Positions 32,536 through 36,397 of a stretch of 36,397 nt of DNA are shown here, piece after piece. The first letter of the stretch is position 1; each line of letters opens with the position of its first letter. The DNA is from Candidatus Beckwithbacteria bacterium (GTDB lineage: Bacteria > Patescibacteriota > Microgenomatia > UBA1400 > UBA1449): positions 1 to 36,397 of the forward strand of contig JAAZND010000065.1 in NCBI GenBank assembly GCA_012798485.1, written 5' to 3'. The notes under the pieces were generated by a model that did not search any database, was not told where the DNA came from, and was given only the letters and a program-made list of their open reading frames with translations. The position numbers and the translations under genes are program-made.

Positions 32536-33453
32536 ATGAATAACTTACAATTTTTAATTAAACCAATTGAAGAAAAAAGAGATTACGCTAAATTAGTCAT
32601 TGAACCATTGGAACAGGGATATGGTCATACTATTGGGAATGCTTTGAGAAGGGTCATGCTTTCTTCTTTAAAAGGAGCTGGAATTTCTCAAGTTAAGATT
32701 GACGGAGTTGGACACAAATTTACTACTTTAAAAGGGATGAAAGAAGATGTGGTTGATTTTATTTTAAACCTTAAACAAGTTAAAGTTAAATATGATGGTG
32801 ACGAACCTGTTGATTTATATCTTGATTTTAAAGGTAAAGGTGAAGTTAAAGCTTCCGATATTGAAGTGCCTAGTGGGGTAGAAATCATTAATCCAGAATT
32901 AGTATTGGCTAATTTAGCCGATGATAAAAGTAAACTTAAAGCTGTGATTACCGTAGAATCTGGATTTGGCTATATTTTAGCTGAAGAAAGAAAAGTTAAT
33001 ACTATTGGAGTAATTCCGGTTGACACTTCTTTTTCTCCTGTATCTAGAGTCAAGGTTGATGTTTTACAAACTCGTGTAGGTAGAAGAACTGATTTTGATA
33101 AATTAATTTTAGAATTATGGACAGATGGCACCGTTAATCCTATTGACGCAGTCAGACAAGCTAGTGAAATTTTGATTGCCTATTTTAAACAGATTGTTGA
33201 ACCAGTAGTTCCAGAAGAAAAAATAATAGAAGAAGTTGATCCTAAAGAAAAAGAAATTATGAGACTGACTGTGGAAGAATTGGACTTACCAACAAGAATT
33301 GCTAATGCTTTAAGAAAAGGTGGATATGAAAATGTGAGAGATTTATCTAAAGCTTCAAGAGACGATATTGCTAAGGTTAAAAATTTAGGCGGAAAATCAG
33401 TTGATATCGTTATTGAAAAATTAGCTGAAAAGGGAGTTAATTTAACTCGTTAA
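32536..33453 (+). CDS. rpoA: DNA-directed RNA polymerase subunit alpha
   Basis: LEQGYGHTIGNALRRVMLSSL, plus a C-terminal domain with LDLPTRIANALRKGGYENVRDL. Confidence 0.97.
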   Translation: MNNLQFLIKPIEEKRDYAKLVIEPLEQGYGHTIGNALRRVMLSSLKGAGISQVKIDGVGHKFTTLKGMKEDVVDFILNLKQVKVKYDGDEPVDLYLDFKGKGEVKASDIEVPSGVEIINPELVLANLADDKSKLKAVITVESGFGYILAEERKVNTIGVIPVDTSFSPVSRVKVDVLQTRVGRRTDFDKLILELWTDGTVNPIDAVRQASEILIAYFKQIVEPVVPEEKIIEEVDPKEKEIMRLTVEELDLPTRIANALRKGGYENVRDLSKASRDDIAKVKNLGGKSVDIVIEKLAEKGVNLTR

Positions 33454-33470
33454 TAAATTTAAAATAAATT

Positions 33471-33869
33471 ATGAGACATTTAATGGCTGGGAAAAAACTA
33501 AATCGCAATTCACATCATCGTAAATCTCTTGTAAAAAATTTAATACAAGAGCTGGTAATGCATGAAACTATTGAAACAACAGAGACTAAGGCTAAATTAA
33601 TTATTCCAAAAGTAGAAAAAATAATTAACAAAGCTAAAACCCAGGATGTTCATAGCAAAAGACAGATAATTGCCATTTTGTTTGATGATACTATTGCTAA
33701 AAAAATTACCGATGATTTAGCCAAAAGATATGAGAAGATAAAAAATGGTTATGTCAAAATGCTTAGACTTAAACGAAGAAGAGGCGACAACACCATGATT
33801 GTTCGTTTGCAGTTACAAAAAATTGAAAATCAAGAAAAAAAAGATAAAAAAGAGGAAGGTGTTAATTAG
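33471..33869 (+). CDS. rplQ: 50S ribosomal protein L17
   Basis: MRHLMAGKKLNRNSHHRKSLVKNL...ETTETKAK, and synteny after rpoA. Confidence 0.95.
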   Translation: MRHLMAGKKLNRNSHHRKSLVKNLIQELVMHETIETTETKAKLIIPKVEKIINKAKTQDVHSKRQIIAILFDDTIAKKITDDLAKRYEKIKNGYVKMLRLKRRRGDNTMIVRLQLQKIENQEKKDKKEEGVN

Positions 33870-33895
33870 CTTTAGGCTAGTTTAATTGACTTAAA

Positions 33896-34321
33896 ATGAA
33901 AACTTACGCTACTAAACAAAACGATATTAAAAGAGAATGGTTTTTAGTTGATGCCAATGGTAAAGTTTTAGGCAGACTTGCTTCTATGATTGCTCAAGTT
34001 TTAATTGGTAAAGATAAAACTAATTATGTCCCATATTTAGATTGTGGTGATTATGTGGTTTTGACTAATGTAGATAAAATAGTTCTTACCGGTAGAAAAG
34101 CTGAACAAAAAAGTTATTATCGTCATTCTGGTTTTCCAGGAGGACTTAAAGAGATTACCTTTAAACATCAGATGGAAAAAGATGCAAGAAAAGTGATTTT
34201 TAACGCTGTTAAGGGAATGCTTCCTAAAAATAAATTAAGAGATGAAAGATTAAAAAGATTAAAAGTTTTTGTAGGCGATAAACACACTTACGAAAACCAA
34301 GCTTTAAAAGAATTAAAATAA
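33896..34321 (+). CDS. rplM: 50S ribosomal protein L13
   Basis: REWFLVDANGKVLGRLAS.IA..L.GK, GDYVVLTN, YYRHSGFPGGLKE. Confidence 0.97.
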   Translation: MKTYATKQNDIKREWFLVDANGKVLGRLASMIAQVLIGKDKTNYVPYLDCGDYVVLTNVDKIVLTGRKAEQKSYYRHSGFPGGLKEITFKHQMEKDARKVIFNAVKGMLPKNKLRDERLKRLKVFVGDKHTYENQALKELK

Positions 34322-34370
34322 AGCGAATATACGAATATCAATTTATATACGAATATTCGACATATTATTA

Positions 34371-34802
34371 ATGGAAGAAACAAAAAAAACTATAAAAACA
34401 AAAAAAGTAGATTATCTTTATGCTGTAGGCAGAAGAAAAAGTGCAATTGCCAGAGTAAGATTATATCTTACTGAAAAAGGCGAAATCGAAGTCAATGGGA
34501 AAAGAATTGAAGAATATTTTCCAGGAGCTTTAAATAAATCTTTGTATTTAGAACCTCTAAGAACATGTAATGTTATCGGAAAGTATAAAATTAATATTGT
34601 GGTTGATGGTTCTGGGAAAGCTTCTCAACTAGAAGCTGTTATTCATGGTTTATCTCGTTGTTTAGTCAAAATTGACGAAGAAAGATTTAGACCAATTCTT
34701 AAAAAAAGAGGCTTTTTAACTCGAGATCCAAGATCCAGAGAAAGAAGAAATGTAGGTATGGGAGGAAAATCAAGAAGAAAAAGACAATCTCCACGAAGAT
34801 AA
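34371..34802 (+). CDS. rpsI: 30S ribosomal protein S9
   Basis: YAVGRRKSAIARVRL, LTRDPRSRERRNVGMGGKSRRKRQSPRR. Confidence 0.97.
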   Translation: MEETKKTIKTKKVDYLYAVGRRKSAIARVRLYLTEKGEIEVNGKRIEEYFPGALNKSLYLEPLRTCNVIGKYKINIVVDGSGKASQLEAVIHGLSRCLVKIDEERFRPILKKRGFLTRDPRSRERRNVGMGGKSRRKRQSPRR

Positions 34803-35789
34803 AAATAAAAAGCGCTTTTTATATAAATTTTGTAAGAAATTTCTAACCCATTCTTTTTTTTCTTCAGTCACTTTTAACACTACAATGCCTTGATTTGGTT
34901 GCCCGTAGAAAATAAGAGTATCCAAAGGCGCTAATAAAATAGCAGGGACGACTGCCAAATCTTCCTCACCTTTAACTAAAAGATGTTTTTGTTTTGAAAG
35001 TATTGTTTTGATTTTTTTACATAAATTAAGACTGATTGTCCCAGCTGGATTAGTTACAGTTTCAAGTTTATTTTTGGAAATTAGATCAAGAGGTGAAAAA
35101 GTTAGTTTTTCTCTTTGACTCTGGCTATCAAAAATAAGACAATCAGCTTCAAGTTTATTTTTTAGGCAAAAAATTCCGGTCTGATCACCCACAATAATTT
35201 TGAGTGGTGCTTTTTTAAATTTAGTTTTAAATTCTTGTTTATTCTGAATTAAAATTCCTAATGGTTGTTTAAGTTTATTTTTATCTTTTTGACTAAGTTT
35301 GATAGTTTTATTAATTAAATTAGTATAAACAAAACCTTGGCGATTAATTTCTCCTCTTCTAATTCTAGTGGAAGAAATATATTTTCTGTCTTGAGCTTTT
35401 TCTAATTTACAAACCAGTATTGGTAATTTATTCAAACCTTTTTCTTTTCTCGTTTCATTGATTAACTTAGCTCCTTTTTTAGTCAAAGGACTGACCACTA
35501 AACAATCTATTTCAGGATCTTTGAGAGTTGGGCCATAAATATCATGTAGTTTTACGATTCTAGTTCTTTCAAGATAGTTATTTTTCTTTAAATACTCTCT
35601 GATATTATTTTCCCTTAACTCATAAGTTTCAATGATTTGGCTAAGTTCTTTATTTTGATTTAAATAATCATCAGTAATACCAATATAAACAGAAGCTGCG
35701 CAGGTAAAAGCAAGATCAAGTAAATTTTCGTGGCCTTTGTGGAAGCGGTCAAAAGTTCCTCCTAGAGCTGCAAGCTTAAAATTTTTCAT
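34770..35789 (-). CDS. fusion of archaeal/eukaryotic-type phosphopantetheine adenylyltransferase (N-terminal half) with a DUF359-type GTP-dependent dephospho-CoA kinase (C-terminal half)
   Basis: N-terminal half: LGGTFDRFHKGH ... DIYGP ... VVSPLT ... ISSTRIRRGEI (cytidylyltransferase fold, archaeal PPAT pattern). C-terminal half: LKQPLG ... VGDQT ... IFDSQSQR ... NPAGTIS ... VKGEEDLAVVPAILLAP ... FYGQPNQGIVV (DUF359 signature). The 3' end overlaps rpsI by 33 nt, convergently. Confidence 0.75.
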   Translation of the reverse strand: MKNFKLAALGGTFDRFHKGHENLLDLAFTCAASVYIGITDDYLNQNKELSQIIETYELRENNIREYLKKNNYLERTRIVKLHDIYGPTLKDPEIDCLVVSPLTKKGAKLINETRKEKGLNKLPILVCKLEKAQDRKYISSTRIRRGEINRQGFVYTNLINKTIKLSQKDKNKLKQPLGILIQNKQEFKTKFKKAPLKIIVGDQTGIFCLKNKLEADCLIFDSQSQREKLTFSPLDLISKNKLETVTNPAGTISLNLCKKIKTILSKQKHLLVKGEEDLAVVPAILLAPLDTLIFYGQPNQGIVVLKVTEEKKEWVRNFLQNLYKKRFLFLSSWRLSFSS

Positions 35790-35791
35790 AA

Positions 35792-36052
35792 TCAGTTTTT
35801 TTCAGCCTGCTCTTCGGTAATAGCTAAAGTTTTCCCAAGCTCAGTTAAAAATTTCTTAGTATGTTTTCTGCTCATTGCAATTCTTGCAACGATTTTAAAT
35901 TTATTAGTCGGTCCCACTTTTTGAGCAATATCAAAAGTAATTCCGTAGGCGGAGGAAGAAATAAAAACGTTTTCAGTATAAAGGATTGGAGTTTTATCTA
36001 AATTAATATCTATCTGAATCTGATTTTTGTTTTCATCTTTAGCTTGATTCAT
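35792..36052 (-). CDS. small DUF3467-like protein (hypothetical)
   Basis: 86 aa. The core YTENVFISSSAYGITFDIAQ...IVARIAMSRKHTKKFLTEL resembles the DUF3467 pattern (from memory, not searched). It lies 2 nt upstream of the PPAT-DPCK gene. Confidence 0.45.
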   Translation of the reverse strand: MNQAKDENKNQIQIDINLDKTPILYTENVFISSSAYGITFDIAQKVGPTNKFKIVARIAMSRKHTKKFLTELGKTLAITEEQAEKN

Positions 36053-36070
36053 ATGACTTATTATATCATT

Positions 36071-36397
36071 TTAATTTGATTTATTCAGCTTTTTACAATT
36101 ATTGGAATTAGTTTCATAAAAATTAACAAACAGGTCAATATCTTTACCATTTAATTTTTCGATATTACAATTTTTGGTAAAACCGCCATTTACACAAAGA
36201 CCTTCTTGCAAGGTTTTTGTTTTCACCATCACTTGATTAAGACAATCTTCTTCGCTTCTTTTGAGGTAATAATTTCTAAGTATTTTTTTAAAAATAAAAA
36301 AACTGATGATTGAAGTAAAAAAAATAGCGAGAAAAAAGAAAGAAAAAGTAAGGTTACGACGATTAAAATAATGAGGATTTAGGTTGTTTTTTTTAAA
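36071..36397 (-). CDS. membrane-anchored Cys-containing small protein; the 5' end runs off the window
   Basis: My own translation of the open minus-strand frame from the window edge: FKKNNLNPHYFNRRNLTFSFFFLAIFFTSIISFFIFKKILRNYYLKRSEEDCLNQVMVKTKTLQEGLCVNGGFTKNCNIEKLNGKDIDLFVNFYETNSNNCKKLNKSN*. It has one TM helix and four Cys residues. It is missing from the ORF track because no start codon lies inside the window. Confidence 0.5.
   Translation of the reverse strand, partial: FKKNNLNPHYFNRRNLTFSFFFLAIFFTSIISFFIFKKILRNYYLKRSEEDCLNQVMVKTKTLQEGLCVNGGFTKNCNIEKLNGKDIDLFVNFYETNSNNCKKLNKSN

Noticed and set aside
1-36397. Alternative genetic code (UGA recoding, as in Gracilibacteria/SR1-type lineages)
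   Set aside because: All conserved genes read through intact with the standard code. TGA also functions as the stop of cmk (29673-29675, overlapping the map ATG).

Overview
This is an AT-rich bacterial window. About 31 kb of it is one plus-strand block of transcription and translation genes: rpoB-rpoC, rpsL-rpsG-fusA-tuf (str), rpsJ to rpsQ (S10), rplN to rplO-secY-adk-map-infA-rpmJ (spc), rpsM-rpsK-rpsD-rpoA-rplQ (alpha), and rplM-rpsI. Upstream lie cell-envelope and housekeeping genes: a membrane-anchored beta-rich protein, a sortase, ruvX, a small Zn-ribbon protein and mltG. Downstream on the minus strand is a three-gene unit ending in a fused archaeal-type PPAT plus DUF359 dephospho-CoA kinase.

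Several features point to a reduced-genome, candidate-phyla-radiation (Patescibacteria)-like organism, but this is inference only:
- There is no L30 gene between rpsE and rplO.
- Shine-Dalgarno sequences are almost absent.
- Several ribosomal proteins carry K/E-rich tails.
- RpoB and RpoC carry lineage-specific additions.
- The CoA-synthesis enzymes are of the archaeal type.

The standard genetic code fits: all conserved genes are intact and TGA is used as a stop.

No rRNA, tRNA, CRISPR array or transposase was seen.

The least ordinary content is non-coding and small-scale:
1. Families of reused AT-rich stem-loops and exact word repeats sit in the intercistronic spacers, and one precedes each of the six GTG-initiated ribosomal-protein genes.
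2. Terminator-like hairpins cut the normally continuous str/S10/spc operons into pieces. One promoter-plus-terminator leader sits between rpsJ and rplC, and another sits directly in front of rpoB.
3. Two small accessory insertions lie inside the str operon. One is an orphan 81-aa ORF with an overlapping 19-codon upstream ORF and a TTTAAAT slippery site. The other is a 55-aa minus-strand ORF, missed by the ORF track, next to a single-domain EamA transporter.
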